64,000 nucleotides of DNA from Candidatus Kaiserbacteria bacterium (GTDB lineage Bacteria > Patescibacteriota > Minisyncoccia > Phycocordibacterales > UBA2100): positions 6,121-70,120 of the forward strand of contig JACPLD010000003.1 of the NCBI GenBank assembly GCA_016186765.1, given 5' to 3'. Positions 50,324 to 59,683 of this stretch are shown piece by piece. How positions within the stretch are numbered: position 1 is the first letter of the stretch; the number at the start of each line of letters is the position of its first letter. A program made the translations under genes and the position numbers. The notes beneath the pieces were generated by a model that was given only the letters and a program-made list of their open reading frames with translations, was not told where the DNA came from and did no database searches.

Positions 50324-52522
50324 CTATTTTACAACTTTTTCAGCTTCCTCAAGTTTTACAGACAACAACTTCGACACTCCATCCTGCCCCATCGTGACGC
50401 CATAGAGCTCGCCTGCAACTGTCATAGTGGCGCGGTTGTGGGTAATGACGATAAGCTGAGATTTTGCCGCGAGTTCGCGAATCATGTCGGCGTAGCGTTT
50501 ACTGTTCGCTTCATCGAGCGCTGCGTCGGTTTCATCGAGAACAAGGAACGGCGGGGGATTCACCTGCGTCATGGAAAAGATAAGGGCGATCGAGGTAAGC
50601 GCCCGTTCGCCGCCAGAGAGCACTTCGAGTCCCTTTATCTTTTTTCTCGGTAGAGAGACAGATATGGTGAGTCCAGCATACAATTCTTCTTCTTCCTGGA
50701 ATTCTTCCTCCTCCCCCACCTCTTCGAGTTCTTTTCGAAATACTCGTCTCGGCTCTTCGATGCGCAAGCGAGCTTCCCCACCGCCGAAAAGTTTGACGAA
50801 GAACCCTTTGAGCGCCTCATTGATGCCCTCGAGTCCCTCGCGGAAGCGCACATCGATTGTCTTTTCGAGCTCTGCAATGATGTCTTTCAGCGATGCGGCA
50901 GACTTCTCTAAATCAACGAGCTCGTGCGCAAGAAATTCGTCGCGCTCCTTCATCTGTTTGAACTCTCTTACTATCTGCTCGCCGCTTCCTACTCCCGACT
51001 CTTCTATCTTGATCTTTAAACGCTCTATCTCTCGCCGTCGCTTCTCCTGCGCACCACGGTCTTCGGAAAGAGCACCAGCAGGGATGCTACCACTCTCCCA
51101 CGCTCGGACAGAGGCGCCGACGAGTACCACTCCCTCGCGCACTTCGTCATCGAAACGCTGACGAGAGACCGCAACATTTGCCCGCGCGGTCTGCACACCC
51201 GAGAGCTTCCCCTGCACCTCGCGCACCGAAACCTCGAGCTCCACGAGGTCGCGCTCGGCCGCGAAGCTCTCCTCACGCGTCTTTGCGATATTCCTTCGCA
51301 AATTCTCAAGCTCCTCTGCAAGCGCGCCTTCCTCCTTCTGCACGCGCTCAAGGGATCGGGAAAGCGTTTCCACCTGCTCCTGCACCTCTTGGTTCGTGAC
51401 CGGCGCTCCTCCTGAAAGCCCCTCGATGAACGACTTGATCCGCCTATTTGCGTCTTTAATGAGATTCATCAGATTAGGCAGGTCATCCATCCTCTCACCA
51501 TCGGACAGCAGCGCCATGAGGTCTCTTGCAAATTGGCGGACGTGCGGCACTGGCACGATTGCCTCCACCGTCACCACATTCGCTTCAAGCGCGCCTTCCG
51601 CCCTCCCGAGCTCGCGAGCAAGCCGTTCGCTCTCGCGGTGCGCCTCCGAAAGTTTGCTCTCCCTCTCTGCAAGTTTTTTCTGCAGTTCTGCGAGCGTACC
51701 GTCTCCTGCACCCTTGCTTGCAGAACGCGCGCGCGAAACGGATTCCGAGAGCTTCCTAAGCTCGGAAGCAAGAGTCTGCTCGATCTCCCGCAGGTGGACG
51801 TCCTCCTGTGTAATCCACGCATTCTCCCTAGCGAGGTAGTCGTTCAGCTTCTCTGCGAGCATCTCCTTCATTTCCCGCACCCTTTCGATTTTCTCCACCT
51901 GCTGCCGCAAAAAATTGAGATGCGGCGCAAGCTCTCTGCGGAGCGATTTAGTTTTATCGATATTGACGGCTGTTTCCTCGAGCTTCCGCTCACTCTCAAC
52001 CTTCTTGTGCTGGTAGAGCTTCAAGCCGAGCGCATCCTCCACCATCTCACGGCGCTCTCTCGGAGAGGCGTTCAAAATCCGATCGGCCTCGCCTTGCGAA
52101 ATGATCTGGTAGCCGCTTCCACCGATGTTTGCACCGGCAAGAAGCCGAATCACATCCTTCAGGCGTACTTGCGTGCCGTTCAGAACGTACTCGTTTTGCC
52201 CATCGCGGTGCACGACACGCTCGATCGCGACTTCGACAAAGTCGATGTCTAAAAGCCGCTTCATGTTGTCGAAGACGACCTTTACCGACGCGCGATTCAT
52301 GCGTGAAAGAGAAGGTGAGCCACCCCATATTAGATCTTCGCCCCTCTTGCTACGCAAACTCTTCATCGACTGCTCTCCAAGCACAAAACGAAATGCCTCC
52401 GCAACGTTCGATTTCCCCGAACCATTGGGACCTACGACGGCGACGATCGGCGAGCCAAATACAAGCTCTGTCTTTTTGCCGAAGGATTTAAATCCTGAAA
52501 GTTCTATCGATTTCAGATACAT
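50324..52522 (-). CDS. smc: Short SMC-family ATPase
   Basis: GFKSF, GPNGSGKS, IISQG, LSGGE, LDETDAALD, ITH. Confidence 0.9.
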   Translation of the reverse strand: MYLKSIELSGFKSFGKKTELVFGSPIVAVVGPNGSGKSNVAEAFRFVLGEQSMKSLRSKRGEDLIWGGSPSLSRMNRASVKVVFDNMKRLLDIDFVEVAIERVVHRDGQNEYVLNGTQVRLKDVIRLLAGANIGGSGYQIISQGEADRILNASPRERREMVEDALGLKLYQHKKVESERKLEETAVNIDKTKSLRRELAPHLNFLRQQVEKIERVREMKEMLAEKLNDYLARENAWITQEDVHLREIEQTLASELRKLSESVSRARSASKGAGDGTLAELQKKLAERESKLSEAHRESERLARELGRAEGALEANVVTVEAIVPVPHVRQFARDLMALLSDGERMDDLPNLMNLIKDANRRIKSFIEGLSGGAPVTNQEVQEQVETLSRSLERVQKEEGALAEELENLRRNIAKTREESFAAERDLVELEVSVREVQGKLSGVQTARANVAVSRQRFDDEVREGVVLVGASVRAWESGSIPAGALSEDRGAQEKRRREIERLKIKIEESGVGSGEQIVREFKQMKERDEFLAHELVDLEKSAASLKDIIAELEKTIDVRFREGLEGINEALKGFFVKLFGGGEARLRIEEPRRVFRKELEEVGEEEEFQEEEELYAGLTISVSLPRKKIKGLEVLSGGERALTSIALIFSMTQVNPPPFLVLDETDAALDEANSKRYADMIRELAAKSQLIVITHNRATMTVAGELYGVTMGQDGVSKLLSVKLEEAEKVVK

Positions 52523-52546
52523 TGGCTTTAATTGTATCAAAAAGTT

Positions 52547-52575
52547 CGAGTCTCAGGCTTCAAGCCTGAGACTCG
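52547..52575. repeat. Perfect 29-bp palindrome
   Basis: CGAGTCTCAGGCTT-C-AAGCCTGAGACTCG. Confidence 0.85.
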
Positions 52576-52608
52576 GTTTTCTGTCTCCGCGCAAGAGACG
52601 AAGTGGGC

Positions 52609-52809
52609 TCAGCCGCCGAGGGCGGCTGCGACAATGCCCGAGGCGCGTTCAGCACAGGCGCCAAGAACAACGATCAAACCGGCCGCAACGATCACGACTG
52701 CGATCACATAGCCGGGCGTGTGCTCGACCTTGAGGGCCTCGGAGAACTTCTTCAAGGCCTCGTAGTCTTTGACTGGACTGATGTCCGCATAATCACGGCG
52801 CTTCTTCAT
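52609..52809 (-). CDS. Small hypothetical membrane protein
   Basis: AAGGAGGAGG SD; one TM segment. Confidence 0.55.
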   Translation of the reverse strand: MKKRRDYADISPVKDYEALKKFSEALKVEHTPGYVIAVVIVAAGLIVVLGACAERASGIVAAALGG

Positions 52810-52865
52810 CGCCCTCCTCCTTAGCAAAAACGGGACTACCCGCTAGCCCCACTTGTAGATTGCCA

Positions 52866-53552
52866 CTACCAACCCTTAGCTGCAAGAGCTCTCTGTGCAG
52901 CACTCTGTTCAGCTTCCTGCTTGCTTCTCCCCTCGCCTGTGGCGACACGCTCGGCTCCGATGTATGCACCGACCACGAAACGTTTGTCGTGGTCGGGGCC
53001 GGACTGATCCAAGAGTTCATACTTCGGGGTGATGCCCAAAAGGTCCTGCGAGGCCTCCTGCAAACGGCTCTTCGCATCCTGCCAGAGACGCTTTGCGACG
53101 ACCTCGTCGGCCTTGTGGAATACCTGGTCTGCGATAAATCGCTGTGCGGTCGGATACCCGCCGTCAAGGTAGAGTGCGCCTATCAATGCCTCAAACGCAT
53201 TTGCGAGGATTATCTGTCGCGCGCGACCCGTGTCGCGCGCCTCGCCACGGGAGAGAAGGAGGTACTCGTTCATGCCGAGCTTCGTCGCAGCATCAGAAAT
53301 GCTCTGCGTATTCACAAGCGCGGCGCGATACGCCGTGAGGTCGCCCTCCGGCTTATCCGGATACTTTGCGTATAGAAATTCAGTCACCGCGAGTTCAAGA
53401 ACAGCGTCACCCAAGAATTCCAGCCGCTCATTGTGATCGCGCCCGAGCTCGCGGTTCTCGTTGAGATACGAGCGGTGCGTGAACGCCTGCTCCAGTAAGC
53501 GTTGGTTTCTGAAATGATGCCCGATTTTCTTTTCAAATTGAGTGAAATCCAT
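52866..53552 (-). CDS. rnc: Ribonuclease III
   Basis: THRSY, NERLEFLGDAVL, dsRBD. Confidence 0.97.
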   Translation of the reverse strand: MDFTQFEKKIGHHFRNQRLLEQAFTHRSYLNENRELGRDHNERLEFLGDAVLELAVTEFLYAKYPDKPEGDLTAYRAALVNTQSISDAATKLGMNEYLLLSRGEARDTGRARQIILANAFEALIGALYLDGGYPTAQRFIADQVFHKADEVVAKRLWQDAKSRLQEASQDLLGITPKYELLDQSGPDHDKRFVVGAYIGAERVATGEGRSKQEAEQSAAQRALAAKGW

Positions 53553-53630
53553 ATTCGATAAGCCATTAGCCACTAGGGTTTAGGGATGAAAAAAACATGA
53601 TGCATTGTACAAGTGGCTATACCCTATTGG

Positions 53631-54542
53631 CTAATTACCTTTCTTGGCGAGGGCATTTATCGCAGGAATGATGATCTTCAAGGTGTCGTCATAAAAGTTC
53701 AAATCTCCGACCGTGGAGAGCGGAAACCACTGCGCATCATCCAAACCGCCAGATGGACCGAGCTTCAGCTCCGTAAACGGCGACTCCGCTAGAAAGTACG
53801 TAACACGTTTCCGCTTCTTGCCACCTTCGACCTTCGAATCGTTCGCAACATACTCGTTGACGCCGAGCTCCTCCTTGATCGTGATATCGAGTCCCATTTC
53901 CTCTTTTATTTCACGCACGGCACCCGCACGGATGTCTTCACCCTCCTCTATCTTGCCCTTAGAAATCGTCCAATGGCCGAAAATGTCGTGCACGAATGCG
54001 AGATACGTCTCACCCTTGTTCTTCGCGTATACGACGGCTCCCGCGAGGTGTTCGGTCGGCATCTTTGCGGGTTTGTCTCCCTCTTTCTTGCGCGTGCCGC
54101 CCTCGTTCTTCCCCGGCTCGCCGAGCTCTATGTAGACAGCGCCCAATACGCCGTTCACAAAGCGTCCCGAGGAAGCGGAGCCGAACGTCTTTGCGAGCTC
54201 GATAGCCTCATTGATTGCTACTTTTGCGGGCACCTGCGTGCGGTCGGCAAAAAGAAGTTCCGCAAGGCCGAGGCGAAGGACATTGCGGTCGATCGCTGCA
54301 ATCTTCTCAAGCGGCCACTCAGGTGCAGCGCGCACGATCACCTCGTCGATTTCTTTTTGCTTTGCAACCGCCGTCTGCAGGAGCTGTTCCATGAACGGCA
54401 TATCGCTCTCGCGCGCGCCGAATTCTTTCGCATACTCGACAAGACGCGAGCGCGCCTCGTCACCCTCGATTTTGCCGCCCGATTGATCGCGCTCGAAAAG
54501 CACTTGGAGCACTACACAGCGAGCTAGGTGTCGGTTGGCCAT
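53631..54542 (-). CDS. nusB: NusB fused to a C-terminal Nudix domain
   Basis: DRNVLR, VAINEAIELAK.F..FVNGVL, then KGKIEEGE....AVREIKEEMG. Confidence 0.93.
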   Translation of the reverse strand: MANRHLARCVVLQVLFERDQSGGKIEGDEARSRLVEYAKEFGARESDMPFMEQLLQTAVAKQKEIDEVIVRAAPEWPLEKIAAIDRNVLRLGLAELLFADRTQVPAKVAINEAIELAKTFGSASSGRFVNGVLGAVYIELGEPGKNEGGTRKKEGDKPAKMPTEHLAGAVVYAKNKGETYLAFVHDIFGHWTISKGKIEEGEDIRAGAVREIKEEMGLDITIKEELGVNEYVANDSKVEGGKKRKRVTYFLAESPFTELKLGPSGGLDDAQWFPLSTVGDLNFYDDTLKIIIPAINALAKKGN

Positions 54543-54596
54543 ATCAGCTCGAAAGATCAGACGAACGAAAGAGCCAGTGATTTCAAGTCCAAAAGA

Positions 54597-54869
54597 TTAT
54601 GACTGGGCGGTTTCCTTTTCCTTATCCTCAGTAATCTGTCCGGATTCGCGGAGTGCTTTTTCACGACGCGTATCACGTCGGGCCTGCCGTTTCGCGCGCG
54701 CGACAATGTCGATGACGATGCGACCGTTGTATTTTCCACAGGATGGGCACGCGCGATGCGGAAGGCGCGCTGCGCCGCACTCGCATTTCACTGTATGGAC
54801 ACCCTCAAGCGCATGATGGCTCCGTCGCTTCGCGGTTTCCGACCTGTTCCGGCGCATTCGCACTACCAT
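54597..54869 (-). CDS. rpmF: 50S ribosomal protein bL32
   Basis: RRSHH, C.CG...PHRAC..CG.YNGR. Confidence 0.93.
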   Translation of the reverse strand: MVVRMRRNRSETAKRRSHHALEGVHTVKCECGAARLPHRACPSCGKYNGRIVIDIVARAKRQARRDTRREKALRESGQITEDKEKETAQS

Positions 54870-54892
54870 AGTCTCGCGATTATACAGAAATT

Positions 54893-55483
54893 TCAGCGAA
54901 CAGCAAACTTCTGACTGTACGTCATTCGGTGGATTTCGCAGAGACCAAATCGTCGGATAGCCTCGCGATGGCTTCTCGTTCCATATCCTTTATGCTGTTC
55001 GAAGCCATAGCTCGGGAATTTTTTTGCAAACCTCGTCATGAGCCTATCGCGGGTAACTTTGGCTGCTATTGCCGCAAGCGATATGATTGGAAGCACATCG
55101 TCTCCCCCAACGATCGTTTGTTGATTTTTGAACTCATCCGGTGCCGAGAGGAGGCCGTCGAGAAAGACGTTCGAACGAGAAGGATCGGCACGAAGCATCT
55201 GAAGCGCGCGCTCGATAGCGAATTGCACCGCCATAGTGATCCCCTTCTCGTCTATCATCGAGTGCGGCGCGAACGCGACAGAGAATTTCAAGATTCCTTC
55301 GCGCTGCATTTGTTGCATCAGTCGAAAATATCGCTCGCGCGCGGGCTTTGACATGAGCTTCGAGTCGCGCACCCCTCCAACGAGCGACCAATCAAACCCG
55401 CTCTTCACCATCGCCGCACCGACGGCGACTGGTCCCGCCAGGGGCGCTCGTCCTGCTTCGTCAATGCCGATGAGATACCGCAT
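54893..55483 (-). CDS. rnhB: Ribonuclease HII
   Basis: GIDEAGR.PLAGPV, DSK, DG, AKVTRD, HKGYGT..H. Confidence 0.95.
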   Translation of the reverse strand: MRYLIGIDEAGRAPLAGPVAVGAAMVKSGFDWSLVGGVRDSKLMSKPARERYFRLMQQMQREGILKFSVAFAPHSMIDEKGITMAVQFAIERALQMLRADPSRSNVFLDGLLSAPDEFKNQQTIVGGDDVLPIISLAAIAAKVTRDRLMTRFAKKFPSYGFEQHKGYGTRSHREAIRRFGLCEIHRMTYSQKFAVR

Positions 55484-55550
55484 CACGTCACATCATAGCA
55501 GAAGGGACCGAACGACGTCGGTCCCTCTGTAAGTCTCGCGAAGTGAGCCG

Positions 55551-55802
55551 TCATACCGGGAGATCAAACTCAATCTCCTCGACGTACCCCTCTTCCGAGA
55601 TGACAGCAACGTAGAACTGGCTCACGCTCAGCGTCACGCCGCCATTTAGCGGCGCGAAGTTGTGGCGCTCAATGACCTGCTCAAGTTCCGCGTCATCCGC
55701 GCCAGCTGCGAGGCGTTCTCGCAGCTCAGCCTCTAGTACTCCAGCCTTTGCTTGACGAGCATTATGCAGCTCGTCGCGCAATAGCGATGTCGCTTCAGCC
55801 AT
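55551..55802 (-). CDS. Hypothetical protein
   Basis: GGAG SD; hairpin downstream at about 55504-55527. Confidence 0.5.
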   Translation of the reverse strand: MAEATSLLRDELHNARQAKAGVLEAELRERLAAGADDAELEQVIERHNFAPLNGGVTLSVSQFYVAVISEEGYVEEIEFDLPV

Positions 55803-55935
55803 AGGACTCTCCATTGTCGGATTTCGGCCCCGACTTTACCGCCGCGCGCAGGGCACGGGCAATCTGCTAGAGCTCAATATATCACGCAGCGAAGCCTCAA
55901 ACAACGGAAAAAAACGCGAGTGATATACTTCGTGT

Positions 55936-58900
55936 ATGTCGCGTGATTTTGTCCACCTACACACACATTCGCACTACTCGCTGCTTGAGGCACTGCCAAA
56001 AATTCCCGAGCTCGTTGCTGCAGCGGCGAAAGACGGGCAGAAAGCGCTCGCGCTTACCGACAACGGGAACCTCTACGGTGCAATAGAGTTTTACAAAGAG
56101 TGCAATGAAAACAGCATCAAGCCCATCATCGGCGTTGACTTCCACGTAGCCCCGCGCTCACGCGCACAAAAGGAGCATCGCGTGGACGACCAAACTTCGC
56201 GCCTTGTGCTTCTCGCGAAGAATGAAACGGGATACCGCAATCTCATTCAACTGGTCTCGAAAGCGCATCTCGAAGGCTTCTACTACCGCCCTCGCATCGA
56301 CCGCGAGCTTATCGAGAAGTTCCGGGAGGGCCTCATCGCGATTCTTCCCAGCTACGGTGGCGAGCATGCGCATGCGATCCGCCACGGCTCTGCAGCGTAT
56401 GCCGAAGAAATCATGCACTGGTTCAATATGCTCTTTGGAGAAGATTGCTACGCGGAGATAACGCGCCATCCGGAGATCGTAGAGCACGAAGAGCAGATGC
56501 AAGATATCGTCGCGCGTGCGAAAGCGGTAGGAGTCCCGCTCGTTGCAGCGCACGATGTCTACTACCTTTTGCCCGAAGACTTGCTCGCATGCGATCTTGT
56601 CAACAAAATCCGGACGGGCGGGGCACTCAACCGCGATGCAGAAACCACGCTGCGCAACTTTTCTTTTATTCCCCGCGCGCGCGCGGCGGAGCTGTTCGCC
56701 GATCTGCCCGATGCGCTCGAAAATACTCTGAAGATCGCAGAAGCGTGCGGCCTGCGACTAACCTTGGGAAAAGCCATCCTTCCACACTTCCCCATTGCAG
56801 AGCATTCGACGCACAACGAGGAATTGAGAGCGCTCGCAGAGAGCGGAATCCCCTTGAGAGAACTCTCCGACACCCCGGAGTTGCGAGCTCGACTCGAGTA
56901 TGAGCTCGATATCATCGGCAAGAAGGGCTATGCGTCTTACTTCCTGATCGTCGCGGATCTCCTCCGACACGCGCGGGAACGCGGCATCTACACCAACACG
57001 CGCGGCTCCGCCGCTGGCTCCCTTGTTTCCTACCTCTGCGGCATCACGACGGTTGATCCAATCAAATTCCAAATGCCGTTCGAGCGCTTTCTCAATCCCG
57101 AGCGGCCTTCCGCGCCCGACATTGATATGGACATCGCCGACGACCGCCGCGACGAATTGATTGAGTATGTGCGTCACAAGTACGGAGAAGATAGAGTGGC
57201 ACAGATTGGCACCTTTGGCACGATGATGGCACGCGCTGCTGTGCGCGATGTCGCGCGGGCACTCGGCCACCCCTACGGATTGGGCGACACGATCGCGAAG
57301 CTCATCCCTTTCGGCAAACAGGGCTTCCCCGTTTCTATCAAGAGCGCGCTCGAGAGCACGCCAGAGCTCGCGCAAATCTATAAGAGCGATGCCGCGAGCC
57401 GTGAGATCCTCGATCTCGCGCAAAAGGTCGAGGGCAACGCGCGACACGTCGGCGTGCACGCAGCGGGAGTCGTTATCGCGCCCTCACCGGTCACCGACTT
57501 CTCGCCTATCCAGCTCGATCCCAAAGGCGGAAAAACGATCACGCAGTACGATATGTACTCGATAACCGATGAATATGGGGGAGTCGGACTCCTCAAATTT
57601 GACCTTCTCGGACTCACCAACCTCTCCGTCCTCTCAGACGCCGTGAATCGCGTCCGCGAGCGCCTTGGCATTGAGATTGATCTCGATCGCCTCCCCCTCG
57701 ATGATGAGAAAACATACGCGATGCTTTCAAGCGGGCAGACGCATGGCGTTTTCCAGCTTTCAGGCGGCGGTATGACGAGCTACCTCACAAACCTTGAGCC
57801 CTCGACCATCCACGATATCAACGCGATGGTCGCCCTCTACCGCCCAGGCCCGATAGCCTTCATCCCCGCGTACATCGAACGCAAAAAGAACCCGAAACTC
57901 ATCCGCTACCTTGATCCGCGCATGGAGCCGATCCTCAAAAATTCATACGGCGTCATCGTCTACCAAGACGATGTCTTGGAGATCGCAATAAAGCTTGCGG
58001 GCTACAGCTGGCTCGAAGCTGATAAATTCCGCAAGGCGATGGGGAAAAAGATCCCCGCAGAAATGCGCGCGCAAAAGGAAAAGTTCACGAGCGGCTGCGT
58101 GAAGCACGGGATGAAGAAGGATGTGGCGCAAAGACTATGGGAGCAGATCGAAACCTTCGCAGCGTATGGCTTCAATAAGGCGCATGCTGCAAGTTATGGC
58201 AATCTCGCCTACAAAACGGCATACATGAAGGCGAATTTTCCGGTGCACTACATGGCGGCACTTCTCACGGCAGACGCGGGCGACGTGGATAAGACCGCAG
58301 AGACGGTGCAAGAGTGTAAACGAATGGGGATCTCGGTCTTGCCTCCATCGGTCAACGAGAGTCGAGGCGACTTTACGGTCATAGGTGACACAAGTATTCG
58401 TTTCGGTCTCTATTCCATAAAAAACTTCGGCCGCGGCGTCGCCAACTCCATCGTTGCCGCCCGCCTTCGCTCCGCCGAAGCTCGCAAGAGCGAAGGCGAG
58501 CTTCCCGGAGCTTCGGCGAGGCAAGCACGCGAAGGTCCGTTCAAGGACATCGCCGACTTCCTTTCCCGTGTCCCCGACAAGAACCTCAACAAGAAACAGC
58601 TCGAGTCGCTCGTCCAATCAGGCGCGCTCGACGAGCTCGGAGAGCGCGGTGCGCTCCTCTCAAACATCGACCTCCTTTTGAATTACCATCGCGAGCACAT
58701 GAAGGCCCCCTCGGACCAGGGATCGCTCTTCTCCTCGGCTTCGCTTGGGGTACGTGGTGCGCTGCCACTCAAACTACTCGCTGGAAAACAAGCGACGCTC
58801 GAAGAGCGGCTCGCATGGGAAAAAGAGCTGCTCGGCCTCTATGTTTCAGGTCATCCCCTAGACAAGTACAAGGCGAAGTTTGCTAACCCCAAGAAAACCA

Positions 58901-59172
58901 TCAGGCACGCTAAGGAGCATTTGCGCGGCGTAGAGACGGTCATCGCAGGATTCGTCGAGACTAGCCGCGTCAACATGACAAAGAATGGCGAGCGAATGGG
59001 CTTTCTGAAGATAGCAGATTTCTCTGATGCGATCGAAGTGGTCGCATTTCCTCGCACGTTCAAGGAGTATGAATCTCTCATGGCACCAGGCACATGCATT
59101 GTGATCAAAGGAAAAATCTCGGAGAGAAATGGCGAGCCAAGTTTCGTGGTTGAGCGCGCGAAAGCGCTCTAA
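55936..59172 (+). CDS. dnaE: DNA polymerase III alpha subunit
   Basis: HLHTHSHYS, RGSAAGS, PDIDMD, YGFNKAHA, EKELLGLYVSGHP, OB fold. Confidence 0.98.
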   Translation: MSRDFVHLHTHSHYSLLEALPKIPELVAAAAKDGQKALALTDNGNLYGAIEFYKECNENSIKPIIGVDFHVAPRSRAQKEHRVDDQTSRLVLLAKNETGYRNLIQLVSKAHLEGFYYRPRIDRELIEKFREGLIAILPSYGGEHAHAIRHGSAAYAEEIMHWFNMLFGEDCYAEITRHPEIVEHEEQMQDIVARAKAVGVPLVAAHDVYYLLPEDLLACDLVNKIRTGGALNRDAETTLRNFSFIPRARAAELFADLPDALENTLKIAEACGLRLTLGKAILPHFPIAEHSTHNEELRALAESGIPLRELSDTPELRARLEYELDIIGKKGYASYFLIVADLLRHARERGIYTNTRGSAAGSLVSYLCGITTVDPIKFQMPFERFLNPERPSAPDIDMDIADDRRDELIEYVRHKYGEDRVAQIGTFGTMMARAAVRDVARALGHPYGLGDTIAKLIPFGKQGFPVSIKSALESTPELAQIYKSDAASREILDLAQKVEGNARHVGVHAAGVVIAPSPVTDFSPIQLDPKGGKTITQYDMYSITDEYGGVGLLKFDLLGLTNLSVLSDAVNRVRERLGIEIDLDRLPLDDEKTYAMLSSGQTHGVFQLSGGGMTSYLTNLEPSTIHDINAMVALYRPGPIAFIPAYIERKKNPKLIRYLDPRMEPILKNSYGVIVYQDDVLEIAIKLAGYSWLEADKFRKAMGKKIPAEMRAQKEKFTSGCVKHGMKKDVAQRLWEQIETFAAYGFNKAHAASYGNLAYKTAYMKANFPVHYMAALLTADAGDVDKTAETVQECKRMGISVLPPSVNESRGDFTVIGDTSIRFGLYSIKNFGRGVANSIVAARLRSAEARKSEGELPGASARQAREGPFKDIADFLSRVPDKNLNKKQLESLVQSGALDELGERGALLSNIDLLLNYHREHMKAPSDQGSLFSSASLGVRGALPLKLLAGKQATLEERLAWEKELLGLYVSGHPLDKYKAKFANPKKTIRHAKEHLRGVETVIAGFVETSRVNMTKNGERMGFLKIADFSDAIEVVAFPRTFKEYESLMAPGTCIVIKGKISERNGEPSFVVERAKAL
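58460..58525. mobile_element. Nested miniature element in frame in dnaE
   Basis: CCCGCCTTCGC[TCCGCCGAAGCTCGCAAGAGCGAAGGCGAG]CTTCCCGGAGCTTCGGCGAGGCAAG. Confidence 0.75.
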
Positions 59173-59225
59173 ATTTGACGCCCGGCTGTTTTTAGGTTAG
59201 AAAAAAGACCGCTGGTTCCCAATCA

Positions 59226-59600
59226 ATGCAAAGGAGACAACGGATGCCACAAACTAGAGCGTCGATTCTCAAAGGCTGCGGCAAGGCTGTCCGGTCGGTT
59301 TACGCCAACGGAAAAGTATCCGAAGCCGACCGAAACAACCTCGAACGAGGCCACCAACTCCTGTTCGGCCTGATCAGAAACTTGGCGAGCGAGACGCCGA
59401 AGTATCGACTTCAAATCGAACGCGCGCTACAAGATGTGCATCCGCGGACCGATTATTGCATTGCGATGTTGATCCGCGACATCGCCGACGTTTGTGTCAC
59501 CCTGAACCGACTTCGAGCGGGTGGCGGCCGCTCAGTCGAATCGAAGGTGGTTGATGCTTCTGCACTCTGCATCCACCTCGGCTACGAGTTTAGGGCTTGA
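59226..59600 (+). CDS. Hypothetical protein
   Basis: AAGGAG before the ATG at 59244; terminator downstream. Confidence 0.55.
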   Translation: MQRRQRMPQTRASILKGCGKAVRSVYANGKVSEADRNNLERGHQLLFGLIRNLASETPKYRLQIERALQDVHPRTDYCIAMLIRDIADVCVTLNRLRAGGGRSVESKVVDASALCIHLGYEFRA

Positions 59601-59616
59601 ATTGTCGGCCTCGCGC

Positions 59617-59658
59617 AAACGAAGGCGGCGAGCGTTTCGCTCTCGCCTTCGTTTTTTT
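59617..59658 (+). terminator. Intrinsic terminator
   Basis: AAACGAAGGCG...CGCCTTCG followed by T7. Confidence 0.75.
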
Positions 59659-59683
59659 GGAAAACTTGCTACTATCCACTGTT

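Noticed and set aside
58460-58525. Intein or intron in dnaE (also checked gyrA, rpoB, rpoC by eye)
   Set aside because: The insert is only 22 codons, has no C/S...HN splice motifs and is explained by a DNA palindrome; the other genes have no large insertions.
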